From the NCBI GenBank assembly GCA_963845755.1, contig CAWJTV010000028.1, positions 160,001-224,000 of the forward strand: a DNA stretch of 64,000 bases, read 5' to 3'. The DNA is from an uncultured Planctomycetota bacterium. Lineage in GTDB: Bacteria > Planctomycetota > Planctomycetia > Isosphaerales > Isosphaeraceae. Position 1 is the stretch's first letter. Every line of letters begins with the position of its first letter. A program made the position numbers and the translations under genes. The notes under the pieces are model-generated. The model was not told the origin of the DNA. It did no database searches and saw nothing but the letters and a program-made list of their open reading frames with translations. Of this stretch, positions 31,436-42,760 are shown in pieces.

Positions 31436-33690
31436 TCAACTCTCGACCAAGCTTGGGACACCACGGCCGACGGCCAGGCGCTGGATGACCTCTTCCAGCG
31501 TCCGAAAGTCGACCGGCTTGGTCAGGTGGACGGAGAAACCCGCGGATTGGCTCAACTCGATGTCGTCCGACGAACCGAACCCGGACAGCGCGATCGCAGG
31601 GACCTCTCGGCTGGAGCGCAGGTTCCTGACGAGTTGCAAGCCGGACCCATCGGGCAGTTCGACGTCGCTGATGAGCAAGTCGATCTCCGTCTCGGCGGCG
31701 ACGTGAAACGCGGTCGCGATGTCGGCGGCCGTGTGGACCGTGTGCCCACGCAGCCTCAACATCCTGGAGAGGTAGTTCAGAGTATCCGCGTTGTCCTCGA
31801 CGAAAAGGATGGTGAGACACTGGTGAGGGACGAGCGCCTTCGGTGCAGGCGGCTCATCGGGGACAGGCGCGATCAAAGGGGCTTCGACGGCGGGAATCTC
31901 GATGATGAACGTGGCCCCGAGTCCCTTGCCATCACTGAGGGCGACGAGGCGGCCGCCGTGCTGCTCGACGATCGATCGGCTGATCGTCAGGCCCAGGCCC
32001 AAACCATTGGATTGTCGAGCCGACGGGGTGCTGCCTTGCTCGAACAGGTCGAAAATCGTCTGCAAATCGTCGGGCGAAATACCGATGCCCGTGTCGCTGA
32101 CGCTGATCATCAGACCGGAGCTGGTCTCACCCGAGGGGCTCGTGCCCCCATCTCGAGACCGGACCGTCACGATCCCGCCCGGCGGAGTGAATTTGATCGC
32201 ATTCTTGATGAGGTTCCAGAGGACCTGCTGAAACCGGATCGGGTCGACGTCAACCTCGGACCGCCGGGCCGCAAGATCGAACCGCATCACGAGCCCCGCC
32301 GAACGGAGGTCGTCCCCGCAGATCTCGACCACGCGCTGGATCAATTCATGAGCGTCGAAAACCTCGCGCCTCAGGAGGAGCTTCCCGCCGCGGATCCGGG
32401 TCAGGTCCAGGAGGTCGTCGATCAGCCTGACCTCCAGGATCACGTTGCGACGGATCATTCCCAGCACCTCGGGGAGGTCGGCGGCCAGGCCGGGCTGATC
32501 GAGGATCGCCGTCACCGTGGCGAGGATGGGGGTCAGCGGCGTGCGAAGCTCGTGACTGAGGGTGGCCAGGAAGCGGTCTTGCGCCGGATCACCGCCTCGG
32601 CCTCGGTTCGGCCCGCCTGCTCTCGGTACATCCGTTCCCGCTCGACCTCGGTGCGACGGCGTTCCGTGATATCGCGGAGGACCAGGACCCAGCCGGAGGG
32701 AACTTCGTCGCAGCCGAGGCAGGAGATTCGAGCATCGAACCAAGAGGACCGGGCCGGGTCGGCCCCTTCAAGCTCGAAGCTGGCCTCCCGATACTCCTTG
32801 ATCCGAGCCAGCCGATCGGCCAGCGCCGGCCACGCGCCAAACGCTCGCGTCGCATCGACGCCCAGGCTGTCTCGACCGGGTGGCCCGACGAGCTGGCGCG
32901 CGGCCGGGTTCAAGGCCACGACGCGGCCGCCGGCGTCGATGACGACGACCGGGTCATTCATTCGCTCAACCACCGCGGCCCATGCCACCGGCGTCAGGTC
33001 CAGCAGCCGCAACCGGAACAGGCCGGGGAAGAACGCCAGCCCGGTCACGGCGAAGGTCGCCGCGGCGGTGTCTACGTAGAAGAATCCGAAAACTTGCGTC
33101 ATGTCGATGATGCTGACCACCCAGGGCACGAGCACCCCGAAGAGCATCACCGCGGCCTGGGCTCGGTAGACCCCGACGGACCGCACAACGGCCGCGGTCA
33201 GCAGGAAAATCGAGACACCAGCCACGAGGTAACAATACCCGAAGAGGACCCAGAATCCCGTCCCGTAACCCCGGACGACCATCGGAAACCCGTCAACCTG
33301 TTCAAGTCGGATCGACGACCAGAAGGCGTAGTGCCAGGGGTTGGTCCAGGCCACCGGAAGCGTAGCCAGTGGAAGTGCACAGATCGCGGCGAATCGACCG
33401 GGGCTCAGCCATCGGCCTCGGCCCGTATAGTGCAAGACGAAGCCGAGCATGCCCAGGATCGAGATCACCGCACCCAGGACACGCAGGTTGATGCAGAATA
33501 ACTTGACCGGCACGTCAACGACCATCAGTTCCACAGCCTGGGAGGCTGCCCACATCATCTCCCCGACCATCATTGCGCCGAAGGCAGGCGCCCTCGGCAT
33601 CTCCCGCCGCCGCCAGGCAAATAAGGCCAGAACGGCGGAAGTCCCACCGGCGAGGAGGAACGGGAGTGCCTTGGAATCGATTGGCAACAT
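31436..33690 (-). CDS. Hybrid sensor kinase (7TM N-terminus, PAS, HisKA, HATPase, receiver), frameshift near 32580
   Basis: Hydrophobic N-terminus with TNPWH; SHELRTPL, NLIKNAIKFT, GLGLGL; receiver DLLISD...HLTKP. Confidence 0.85.
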
Positions 33691-34161
33691 CGTCTTCCAG
33701 ACTCCAAGCTGGCCAATGGGACGTCGATCACCCAACCCCACAGGACTTTGAGGGTTCGGCACAGGGGATGGCTCAGTCACACCCAACCAAGCAGCAACGC
33801 CTAGATCGATCCGAGATGTCAGGCGCGTCAACGCGCTCGAGACTCAACAGTAATCATCGACCCAAGCCCCGAACAGATCCGAGCCTCATAGAGCTTACGT
33901 AAGCGAAATCAGAGAAATTTTAGGAACTTCATGATGAGTACGCAAGATTAGTCGGATCAGAACTCATTCGCCCATGAGCAAGCAGGTGCTGGAGGCTGTG
34001 GCGGATGGATACTTCGTCGCAGTGTCAGTGCAAGCACGCTGAAGGTATCTCGAGACCGTTTCGCCGGAGTGTTGTAGAGGGTGGCAGTCTGATATCCTCA
34101 TCGAGTCAGGAACGCAAGCGGATTGAGGAGCAGCCCATCATCCGACAGCGAGGAACGACTC

Positions 34162-35548
34162 ATGGTCGCCGTACTCTTACTACTCGTTAGCCTTCCGTTG
34201 GCCGACACGCCGATTTCGTTGCACCCGGAGAATCCCCATTATCTCCAATTTCGGGGAAAGCCGACACTCCTGATCACCTCCACCGAGCATTACGGCGCGG
34301 TCCTGAACGGGGACTTCGATGCGATCCCGTATCTCGACGAGCTGCATGCCCGTCAACTCAATCTGACGCGGACGTTCTCGGGCACGTATCGGGAAGTCCC
34401 CGGTTCGTTCCGAATCGCCAAGAACACGCTCGCGCCGAGCGCCGAGAAGTACATCGCACCCTGGCCCCGCACCAGGACGCCCGGCGCCGTCAACGGCGGC
34501 AATCGGTTCGATCTCGGCCGATGGAACGACGCCTATTTCGATCGCCTCAAGGCGTTCGTGTCCGCCGCTTCGGCCCGGGGCATCGTGGTCGAGTACGTCC
34601 TGTTCTGCCCTCTCTACGAAGAGAACCTCTGGGCATTGAATCCTATGAACGCTCAGAACAATGTCAACGGGGTCGGCAACATTCCCCGAGACCAGGTGTA
34701 CACCGGGAAACATCGGAATCTTCAAGAGAAGCAGGAGGCGTTCGTTCGCAAGGCCGTACGCGAATTGAACGCGTTCGACAACCTCTATTTCGAGATCTGC
34801 AACGAGCCGTATTTTGGCGGCGTCACCTTGGATTGGCAGGCACGAATCGCCTCGGTGATCGTCGATACGGAGAAATCCCTGCCGAACAAGCACCTCATCG
34901 CCCAGAACATCGCCAACGAGAAGGCTAAGATCGAACGACCCGACGCGACCGTCTCGATCTTCAACTTCCACTACGCGGCACCTCCGTTCACCGTTGGAAT
35001 GAATTTCGGCCTTAGAAAGCCAATTGCCGACGATGAGACTGGTTTCCGCGGCATCACGGATCGGCCCTACCGCATCGAGGCCTGGGATTTCTTCATGGCC
35101 GGCGGCGCGGTCTTCGACCACCTCGATTACTCGTTCACGACCGACCATGAAGATGGGACCGATCGGGTCAGTCGAACCCACGCCTGGCGGCGGCGGGCCA
35201 AACTTCCGTTTCCAGATGCAGGTCCTGAAACGATTCATCGAGGGGTTTGATTTCGTGAAGATGGCGCCGGACGCCAAGGTCATCGCGGGCGTCGCTCCGG
35301 CGAAGACCTCGGCCCGGGCGCTGAGCGAGCCGGGAAAAGCGTATGCGATCTACATCCACGGCGAGTCCAAGGCCGCGCTGACCTTGAACCTTCCCGAAGG
35401 ACATTACACGGCCGAATGGCTAAATCCGCGCACCGGAAAGGTCAACCTCTCGCAAGACATTCCGAGCCGCGGCGATCCTGTGATGGTGACGTCCCCACCT
35501 TACGAAGAGGATATCGCGCTGAGGATCCGTCGCACCGGGTTGCCGTGA
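34162..35548 (+). CDS. Secreted glycoside hydrolase-like TIM-barrel protein, frameshift near 35170
   Basis: Signal peptide, NPHYLQFRG, EICNEP, DETG; C-terminal beta domain with EWLNPRTG. Confidence 0.65.
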
Positions 35549-35577
35549 GAGGCACCGTTCCGCGTGGCGAGTCAACC

Positions 35578-36363
35578 TCAAGGGACAAAGAACGGCTCGA
35601 GCAAGCGCCGGGGCAGGCCGATATCAATCACCGCGACTTCGCCGATGAAATTGGCCGCGCCGGGGGCGGCGAAGCCCAGCTTGGCCGCGACGAACGTGGC
35701 CGTGGCCTCGGCGCAAACGGCCGCGCCCAGAGGCTGGCCGGTGTCGGCGTCGAGGCCCGACGGGAGATCGAGGGCGAAGACCGGCTTGCCCGAATGATTG
35801 ATCGCCTCGATCACGGTCTTGAGCGGCCCTTCAACAGGTCGCGAGAGGCCCGTACCCAGGAGGCCATCGACCAGCCAGTCGGCGCCGTTCAGCAGGGCAT
35901 GAAGCGGCTCCGGATCGATGGCCTCGCCCGGGCGATCATCGAACCAGGCGGACTGCACGACGCCGGATTTCTCCAGGATAGTCCACTGGACGGCGGCGTC
36001 GCCGCGAAGCTGCTCACGCCGGGCGAACCAGACGACTTGAACCGGGAACCCCCAGGCCTCGAGGTGGCGGGCGACGACACCGCCATCGCCGCCGTTGTTT
36101 CCCGGCCCGCAGAGGACCAGTACCCGGGCCGGAGCCGGCCCGTGAGATGCCTCCGGATGCGGCAAGGACGGCGGGGGCGTGAAGGGCCGACCGCCCGCGT
36201 CCGGCGGGATCGCGCCGAGCAGCTCGGCCAGCCAGCCGGCCGCACCGCGGCCTGCGTTCTCCATCAACAATAAGCTCGGCAGACCCAGCTCCTCGGCTGC
36301 CGTCACGTCCAACCCGCGGACCTCCTGGCGCGAGAGCGGCCGGATTCGAACGATCATGACCAA
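35578..36363 (-). CDS. nnrE: NAD(P)H-hydrate epimerase (YjeF N-terminal domain)
   Basis: LMENAG, GPGNNGGDG, VDGLLGTG, LDLPSG, DIGLP. Confidence 0.88.
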   Translation of the reverse strand: MVMIVRIRPLSRQEVRGLDVTAAEELGLPSLLLMENAGRGAAGWLAELLGAIPPDAGGRPFTPPPSLPHPEASHGPAPARVLVLCGPGNNGGDGGVVARHLEAWGFPVQVVWFARREQLRGDAAVQWTILEKSGVVQSAWFDDRPGEAIDPEPLHALLNGADWLVDGLLGTGLSRPVEGPLKTVIEAINHSGKPVFALDLPSGLDADTGQPLGAAVCAEATATFVAAKLGFAAPGAANFIGEVAVIDIGLPRRLLEPFFVP

Positions 36364-36425
36364 TCCTCCCCGCTCCTCGGATTCAACTCATGATTCCTAC
36401 ACGAGTTAACCCGATCCGTCTGACA

Positions 36426-36454
36426 TTGACAAGCCCCGTTTCGCCTTCCAGAAT
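36426..36454 (+). promoter_or_regulatory. sigma-70-type promoter
   Basis: TTGACA-17 bp-CAGAAT upstream of the zinc-ribbon gene. Confidence 0.5.
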
Positions 36455-36541
36455 ATCCCTATGTCTCGCCGCGCGGACGCTTCGAGCCCGCAAGGCACCG
36501 GCCCTGATCCCTTTTTGTGATGCCGAGGAGTCTATCGGACC

Positions 36542-36784
36542 ATGCCGATTTATGAATATCACTGCGAGCCCTGCGAACGCACGTTCGAGACCTTGATCCG
36601 GAGCGATCGCGACGTGGCGCACTGCCCGAGCTGCGGTAGCATCGACGTATCGAAGCAGCTCAGCGTCCCGGCGGCGGCTCAGACCGGTCGCGGAGGCGAA
36701 CTGCCGATCAGCAATGCAGGCTCACCCGCCTTCGGTTGCGGTCGGCCCCAGTGTGGGGCGGGGATGTGCGCGGCGTTGGAGTAG
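36542..36784 (+). CDS. FmdB-family zinc-ribbon protein
   Basis: MPIYEYHCEPC...FE...CPSCGS. Confidence 0.85.
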   Translation: MPIYEYHCEPCERTFETLIRSDRDVAHCPSCGSIDVSKQLSVPAAAQTGRGGELPISNAGSPAFGCGRPQCGAGMCAALE

Positions 36785-37204
36785 CCTCTTTTGGCACCCG
36801 CACAGGCTGCGATGGTCGATTCGGATTGCGCCGGGCGTGGACGCCCTTCGACTCCGTCGCGCGTCTCGACGAGCGTGATGATCGCAGCTACCTGGCTCGT
36901 CTCGACGACCGCCGTCGCCGATCGACCACAACGTCCGCACATCCGGCAGTTTCTGCCTTTGGCCCAGCCATACTAGACATTCGCCCGCCCTTCGTCTTTG
37001 ACAATCTCCCCCGCGGAGTGCATATCTTCCTGGCTGCGGGATCACGCCGAGGGCTGGAGCCGTCGCTTCTAGATCATTTCGGCGCATTCGGATGAATCGG
37101 CATGCACCGGACGAGTCATCCCATCAGAGGGATCGTTCCCGGCCATCGAGAGATCTAACGGCGCGTTCAGCGCCGGTCGTGCGCGCCGATCGGGGGTAGA
37201 TCAG

Positions 37205-38836
37205 ATGATGGCGGGGCACCCGGGACACGGACGCGATCGGGCGGGAAGGCACGCTCCCGCGCACGGCGCGACGGTCGAGGTCGAATGCTCGGTGTCATCC
37301 CTCCGCGCAGCAGTTTCGGAGCGAGTCGGCGAGTCGCGATTCGGCCTGTGGTTCGGGGATGGGGTCGACCTGGCCCTCAGCGGCGACGGCGGCGCCCTGG
37401 AAGTCCGCGTGCCCGACGCCTTCTTCCGCGACTGGATCCGGCGCCACTATACCGAGAGTCTGCTGGAGGCAGGCGAGGCGGTGGCGGGGCGGCCGTTGCG
37501 GTTGTCGATCGAAGTTCGCAACGAGGAAGAGTCACCGCTGGGCGACGTGGTCCCGCCGGCGGCGCCACACGGCGATCCGGAGGACAGCCCGAGGCGCGGG
37601 CAGACCATCACCATCCCGAACCCCGGTAATCCCAAAGCCCCGCTGTCGTTTCCGATATTGCCGCCGGGCGGACCTGAGCCGGAGCCTCCCTCGCTGCCGC
37701 CTCGATCCGATCGACCCGGACCGCGAAATCGGGCACACCCCACCGCGGTAACAGGCGCCCCGGTGTCAACAACCCTCGCGAGCGGGTCAAAGCCGGCCCG
37801 GCCGTGGCGCCGATTCGATGACTTCATGACCGGACCCGGCAATCACCTGGCGCACGCCGCGGCGCGGGAGATGGCCCAGTCGGCCGGTACCGCGTTCAAC
37901 CCCCTGGTGATCCACGGCGGAATCGGCATGGGCAAGACGCATTTGCTCGAGGCGATCGGTCATGCCTTGAGGCGCGCGCACCCGGGCCTGAACGTCCTCC
38001 AGATCACCGCCGAGGCGTTCACCAATAGCTTCCTCGAAGCGATGCGCACGGGCGGCTTGAGCAGCTTCCGATCCCGGTTCCGAGGCGCCGGCGGCTTGAT
38101 CGTGGATGATGTTCACTTCCTCGCCGCCAAGCGCGCCACCCAGGACGAGTTCCTCCACACCTACAATGCGCTGTCGTCAACAAAGGTGTCGCCGATTATC
38201 CTGGCGGCCGATCAGCACCCTCGATTGATCCATCGGCTGACCGACGAGCTGGTCACCCGGTTCCTGGGCGGGATGATCGTCAAGATCGACGCGCCCGACC
38301 TGGCCACTCGCCGCGCGATCCTCCAATCGCGGGCCTCGGGGCGCGGAGTCGATGTCCCCGAGGCGATCATCGCCTACATCGCCGAGCACTTGCGCACCAG
38401 CGTCCGCGAGCTGGAAGGGGCGCTTCACACAGTCATCGCGCAGGCCGTGCTGACCGGCAAGCGGCTCGACATGAACCTCGCCAGGGCTGCCTTGCGGGAC
38501 ACGATCCGCCACACGTCGCAGGCCGTGGCCCTGCGCGACGTCGAGCGGGCCGTCTGCCAGCTCTTCCAGGTCACCACCGACTCCCTCAAGTCCGAGAGTC
38601 GCGCCCGCAGCCTAGCCTATCCCCGCATGATGGCCATGTACCTGGCCCGCAAGCACACCGGCGCCGCCTATAGCGAGATCGGCCGATACTTCGGCGGCCG
38701 CAACCATTCGACGGTCATCTCCGCCGAGAAGAAGGTCCTGGGCTGGCTCCAGGCCGAAGAACGCACTGCGCTCTTGCCTGGCTTTGAGACGATGTCCGAC
38801 CTATTGGCGGATCTGGAGCGGACCCTGGGAGCTTGA
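37205..38836 (+). CDS. dnaA: Chromosomal replication initiator DnaA (start uncertain)
   Basis: FNPLVIHGGIGMGKTHLL, VDDVHFL, QDEFLH, VRELEGAL, IGRYFGGRNHSTV. Confidence 0.9.
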   Translation: MMAGHPGHGRDRAGRHAPAHGATVEVECSVSSLRAAVSERVGESRFGLWFGDGVDLALSGDGGALEVRVPDAFFRDWIRRHYTESLLEAGEAVAGRPLRLSIEVRNEEESPLGDVVPPAAPHGDPEDSPRRGQTITIPNPGNPKAPLSFPILPPGGPEPEPPSLPPRSDRPGPRNRAHPTAVTGAPVSTTLASGSKPARPWRRFDDFMTGPGNHLAHAAAREMAQSAGTAFNPLVIHGGIGMGKTHLLEAIGHALRRAHPGLNVLQITAEAFTNSFLEAMRTGGLSSFRSRFRGAGGLIVDDVHFLAAKRATQDEFLHTYNALSSTKVSPIILAADQHPRLIHRLTDELVTRFLGGMIVKIDAPDLATRRAILQSRASGRGVDVPEAIIAYIAEHLRTSVRELEGALHTVIAQAVLTGKRLDMNLARAALRDTIRHTSQAVALRDVERAVCQLFQVTTDSLKSESRARSLAYPRMMAMYLARKHTGAAYSEIGRYFGGRNHSTVISAEKKVLGWLQAEERTALLPGFETMSDLLADLERTLGA

Positions 38837-38933
38837 GCGAGTTCCGAATGAGCGCCGGCAAGGGGTTTCGAGTTGGTCCCCCTCGCCGCGCTCGGAGCGA
38901 TCGGCAGCATCGGCGATCGGTTCACAATTCACG

Positions 38934-40499
38934 TCATCCCACCGACTCCACCTTGAGAAGGCGGCGCGCCTCGGCAACGCCCGGGGCGGGGAACCCGAAT
39001 TCACTGGCGCTGACCCGGGCCAACGCGGCCAGTTGCCGCCATCGGAAGGTCGGCCGGGTGGTGGCGAACTCCTCGGTCACGGTGCGGTAATACTTCTCGG
39101 CATGGAGGGCACCGTCTTCGCTGATGGCGTAGCGGAGCAACATGTCGAAGACCTGGCGCTCCGGACGGCCGAGCTCGCCATAGTGGTGGACCAGGGCGCA
39201 GGCGCGGGCCTGGTCCTTCGCCTTGATGGCGGCCTCTGCTTCGGAGAGCAGCGCATCGGGCTGCACGTCGCGAATTTTCTCGCAGTGCTCGGCGAAAGGG
39301 TACGCCTTCGCATTGAGGCCGCCCGCCTGACCGGCCGTGTGATAGGCCCCGACGATCAGGCTGGCGTACGTGTTGCGCCGGTCGCTCACCCGCGCGATGT
39401 TCCGCCATGCGTTCGCGGCATCTGACGCATGCACGCCGACCGACGCGCCATGGACGCTGCCGATCGGCTTGGCGGGCGAGTCCGCCTGGCGCCGACCCGG
39501 GTCGTGGAGCACGAGCTGGTTCGCGGCCAGCGAGATCGCCTCGCCGACAACTTCGGGCGCGATCCCGTCGGCCAGGGCCTCCGCCACGGCCTCCGCGGCC
39601 TGATCCCGGCGCGATGCGTAGATCATCTGGCTCATCTGTTCGATCCAGGCGTCGTCGGGTCGACGGTCGCCCGGGGAGCGGCTCGCCAGGCCGCGGCGTT
39701 CGAGCAGCTTGGGTAGTAGGGCCCGGAGTGCCTCTTCCGAGCGGTTCTTGTTCCGATGGAGTTGCCCCTCCTCGTCGACGCAGAACCGCACCGACTGGCG
39801 CAGCAAGGTGTGGGCGTGCTCCTTGCCGGTGAAGTCGAGCAGGGCCCACGATCGCCAGGCGAGCACGACTCGATGGACGTCGACGTAATCCTGGACGACG
39901 AGCTGGAGGTCGTTGTACACCTCGTTGAGCGGCCCGCGCGCCAGCGCGGCGAACGCCCGTTCTGCGGCCGCCATGTCTTGCTTGCGGGTTGCCTCGCGGA
40001 GGGCTTCCGCTCCCGCCTGGCCCGCGGGAACCTCGGCCGGCTCCACATGATGGAGGGCCTCGTGGTGCCGGCCGTCCCGTTTCTGGATGTGGTTCGTGTT
40101 GCGGTAGAGGACCTTCAGAACGGGCAGGGCTCGCTGCGCCTCAGGCAATTCGCACGACATGTGGTAGGACGGTACCAGGGCCATGATCGCGTGGTAGCCA
40201 TCGTAATCCTGGCCTCCGAAGCTGCGGGCGTTGGCCAGCGCGGCGGCGGCCACCAGTTGGCGGAGGTCCGTCCCGGACTTGATCCGCTCCACGACGATCG
40301 GCAAGAGCCGGTCGGCGGGCGTTTCCTGCATCAAGGCGACCAGCGGCTCCATCGACCCGAACGTCAAGCGTTCGGCGCCATCAGCCGCCAGGGCGGCCGG
40401 GGCCAGGCCCAGATCCTGGGCCAGCGACGAACCTACGCCGGCGACCAGCATGCCCTTGCCCACGTCCGCCAAGAACTCACGTCGGTGGTAACGATTCAT
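38934..40499 (-). CDS. Tat-exported helical hypothetical protein
   Basis: HRREFL twin-arginine leader; ~520 aa with several His-centred motifs. Confidence 0.75.
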   Translation of the reverse strand: MNRYHRREFLADVGKGMLVAGVGSSLAQDLGLAPAALAADGAERLTFGSMEPLVALMQETPADRLLPIVVERIKSGTDLRQLVAAAALANARSFGGQDYDGYHAIMALVPSYHMSCELPEAQRALPVLKVLYRNTNHIQKRDGRHHEALHHVEPAEVPAGQAGAEALREATRKQDMAAAERAFAALARGPLNEVYNDLQLVVQDYVDVHRVVLAWRSWALLDFTGKEHAHTLLRQSVRFCVDEEGQLHRNKNRSEEALRALLPKLLERRGLASRSPGDRRPDDAWIEQMSQMIYASRRDQAAEAVAEALADGIAPEVVGEAISLAANQLVLHDPGRRQADSPAKPIGSVHGASVGVHASDAANAWRNIARVSDRRNTYASLIVGAYHTAGQAGGLNAKAYPFAEHCEKIRDVQPDALLSEAEAAIKAKDQARACALVHHYGELGRPERQVFDMLLRYAISEDGALHAEKYYRTVTEEFATTRPTFRWRQLAALARVSASEFGFPAPGVAEARRLLKVESVG

Positions 40500-40636
40500 G
40501 ATCTGTCTCCCTGGCATGTTGCGTCTGTAGAACTGAGAACGATCCACGCTCGACACAATACCACAATTGGCGCCATCTCGGCTCGATTGATGCGGCGCCG
40601 AGACAACGCTCCGATAGGACTCTGAACGGAGGAGCG

Positions 40637-42536
40637 TTACACGTCTTCGCCCGGATTCCGGGCGGCGGCGTACTTGAACCGCCGGGGCCGCACGACGAGG
40701 ATGAGTCCGGAAAGCCCCAACAAGGCACCGGAGACCGCCGCCATCAGCAAGAAGGTCCCGCGCAGGCCCTCGTGCGTGCGAGCGATGTCGCGGTCCAGGG
40801 GGCGAATGATCTCCAGGACGCCCCCGACGTCGCCCACCTTCCAATCGCGCTTCGTGCTGTTGGTGTCATTGTTGTGGCAGCCGATGCAATCGGTCTGCAT
40901 CCGCCGCGCCGTAGCATACCGTAGCGAGGGGCGGCCCTGGAAGACTTCGAAGCGCGAGACCGGAGAATCGGGGTTTCGCCTCAAATCCGCCAGTGCGGCG
41001 CGCTCGAAGTCGTCGTGAGGGCCGCCGTTCTGTCGCGAGCGGAACGGCGTATCGCTGTAGAGCCGGAACAGCATCCCGGTCTGGCTCCGTTCGCCGAGTA
41101 GCTCTCCGAACTCGATGGTGAATCGTGCGGGGAGCGGGATGGCGCCCTTCTTGTTCGCATAGTCGTGGGTGACGACGATGCCGTGGGCCTGCACGCGCTC
41201 GACGACCTGCGAGGTATAAAGTGCATTGACCACGTCGAGCATCTCGGCCTGCTGGGCGGCGCTCTCCAGGGCCGTCGACTTCACGAGCTGATCCGTGAGG
41301 CGCGAGAGGTGCCACAGCCCGAACGCCGATCCGAGTGAGACGGCGATGAACAAACTGGCCGCCGCGGGATTACGACGGCACCAGTGCCTCAGCCGCTCGA
41401 TCCGACCAACCGGGCGTGCGCGGATCGGCTCGCCGCCGAGATGGCGCCGCAGGTCGTCGGCCAGCTCCTGCCCCGTGGCGTAGCGGCGGGCCGGCGACTT
41501 GGCCATCGCCTTCAGGCAGATCGTCTCCAGGTCGCGCGGGATCTTGTCGTTAAGCTGCCGAGGTGGTCGCGGCTCATCCTCCAGGACCTGAAGGATCAGC
41601 ATCCGACGGTTGCCTCGGAACGGGCGCTCGCCGGAGAGTACCTCGTAAAGGACGACGCCGAGGCTGTATAGATCGCTCCGAGCGTCGACTCGGCGCGACT
41701 CGCCCCTCGCCTGCTCGGGGGACATGTAGGCCGGCGTGCCCAGAACCTGGCCTTCCTGGGTCATCGAGGTCTCGTCCGCCTCTCGCTTGGCCAGGCCGAA
41801 GTCCATCAGGTGGGGCCGCCCTTCTGCGTCGAGCAGGATGTTGGAAGGCTTGATGTCCCGGTGGATGACACCGTGCCGATGGGCATAGTCGAGGGCATCG
41901 GCCACCGCGGCGATCAGCTCGGCGACCCGGCGGAACGTGAGCCGGCGATCGCGGTCGCCGAGCGCGCTCGCCAACGTCGTTCCCGGGACGAACTCCTCCA
42001 CGAGGTAGAACGTCCCGTCGTCGGCCTGACCCGATTCATGGAGCGAGACGATACCCGGGTGTTTGAGCTGGGCCGCGCTGCGGGCCTCGCGCAGGAACCG
42101 AGCGGCATCCTCCTTGCTGGCCAGACTCCCCGCCCTGGGAATCTTGATCGCCACCATCCTGTCCAGCTCGACGTCCCGCGCCCGGAATACAAAGCCATAA
42201 GAGCCCGCCCCGAGCCGTTCCACCAGCTCGAATCGACCCAGGCGGTGATCGCACGGCTCGGCTGCGAACCAGGCTGCCGCTCCGCGGCGGTCGCGGGCCG
42301 ATCGCGCCACCGCAATCAGCTCATCGGGCACCGCCTCGGCCTCGGAGCCATCCGTCCCGTCCAGCCGACGCAACTGAGCGAGAAGGGGGTCGGCGACTCG
42401 ATCGAGTGCCTGTAAAGTCGCTTCGCAATCGACACAATGCTCGACATGCGCCGCGATGCGCAAACAACGGGTCGGAAAGACTCCCGACAGCGAATCCTGC
42501 CAGCTCGGCTCGATCCGGACAGCCCATCATGCCCAT
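40637..42536 (-). CDS. Ser/Thr protein kinase with N-terminal zinc-finger (anti-sigma-like) motif and C-terminal heme-c (DUF3365-like) sensor; frameshift near 42465
   Basis: HVEHCVDC; GAGSYG, VAIK, HRDIKPSN, DFGLAK, GTPAYMSPEQ; TM-domain-TM with CIGCH at 40874-40888. Confidence 0.85.
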
Positions 42537-42562
42537 GGTTCGACCCCTCGTGCGTCCCCATT

Positions 42563-42622
42563 GTAGGGTGGGTGAAACCCACCAGGATCGAGCTGTTTCT
42601 TGGTCGGTTTCACCCAACCCAC
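42563..42622. repeat. REP-like palindrome
   Basis: GTAGGGTGGGTGAAACCCACC ... GGTCGGTTTCACCCAACCCAC. Confidence 0.6.
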
Positions 42623-42760
42623 GAAGAGTTTAACGCAACGGCGTTACACGTCCCGACTCAAGTCTGGAGTCCTCCTTGCTCTCGTCAGTGAGACGCATCA
42701 TCATTATCGTTGAGCTGACTGGACTTGACCACAGTCGGCGTCCGATCGGCGGGCCGTGAC

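Noticed and set aside
36542..36784. FmdB protein as part of the formyl-methanofuran pathway
   Set aside because: The family name derives from a formamidase-associated protein; no link to Fmd/Fwd subunits
36790..37200. oriC upstream of dnaA
   Set aside because: No DnaA-box cluster or AT-rich unwinding element seen
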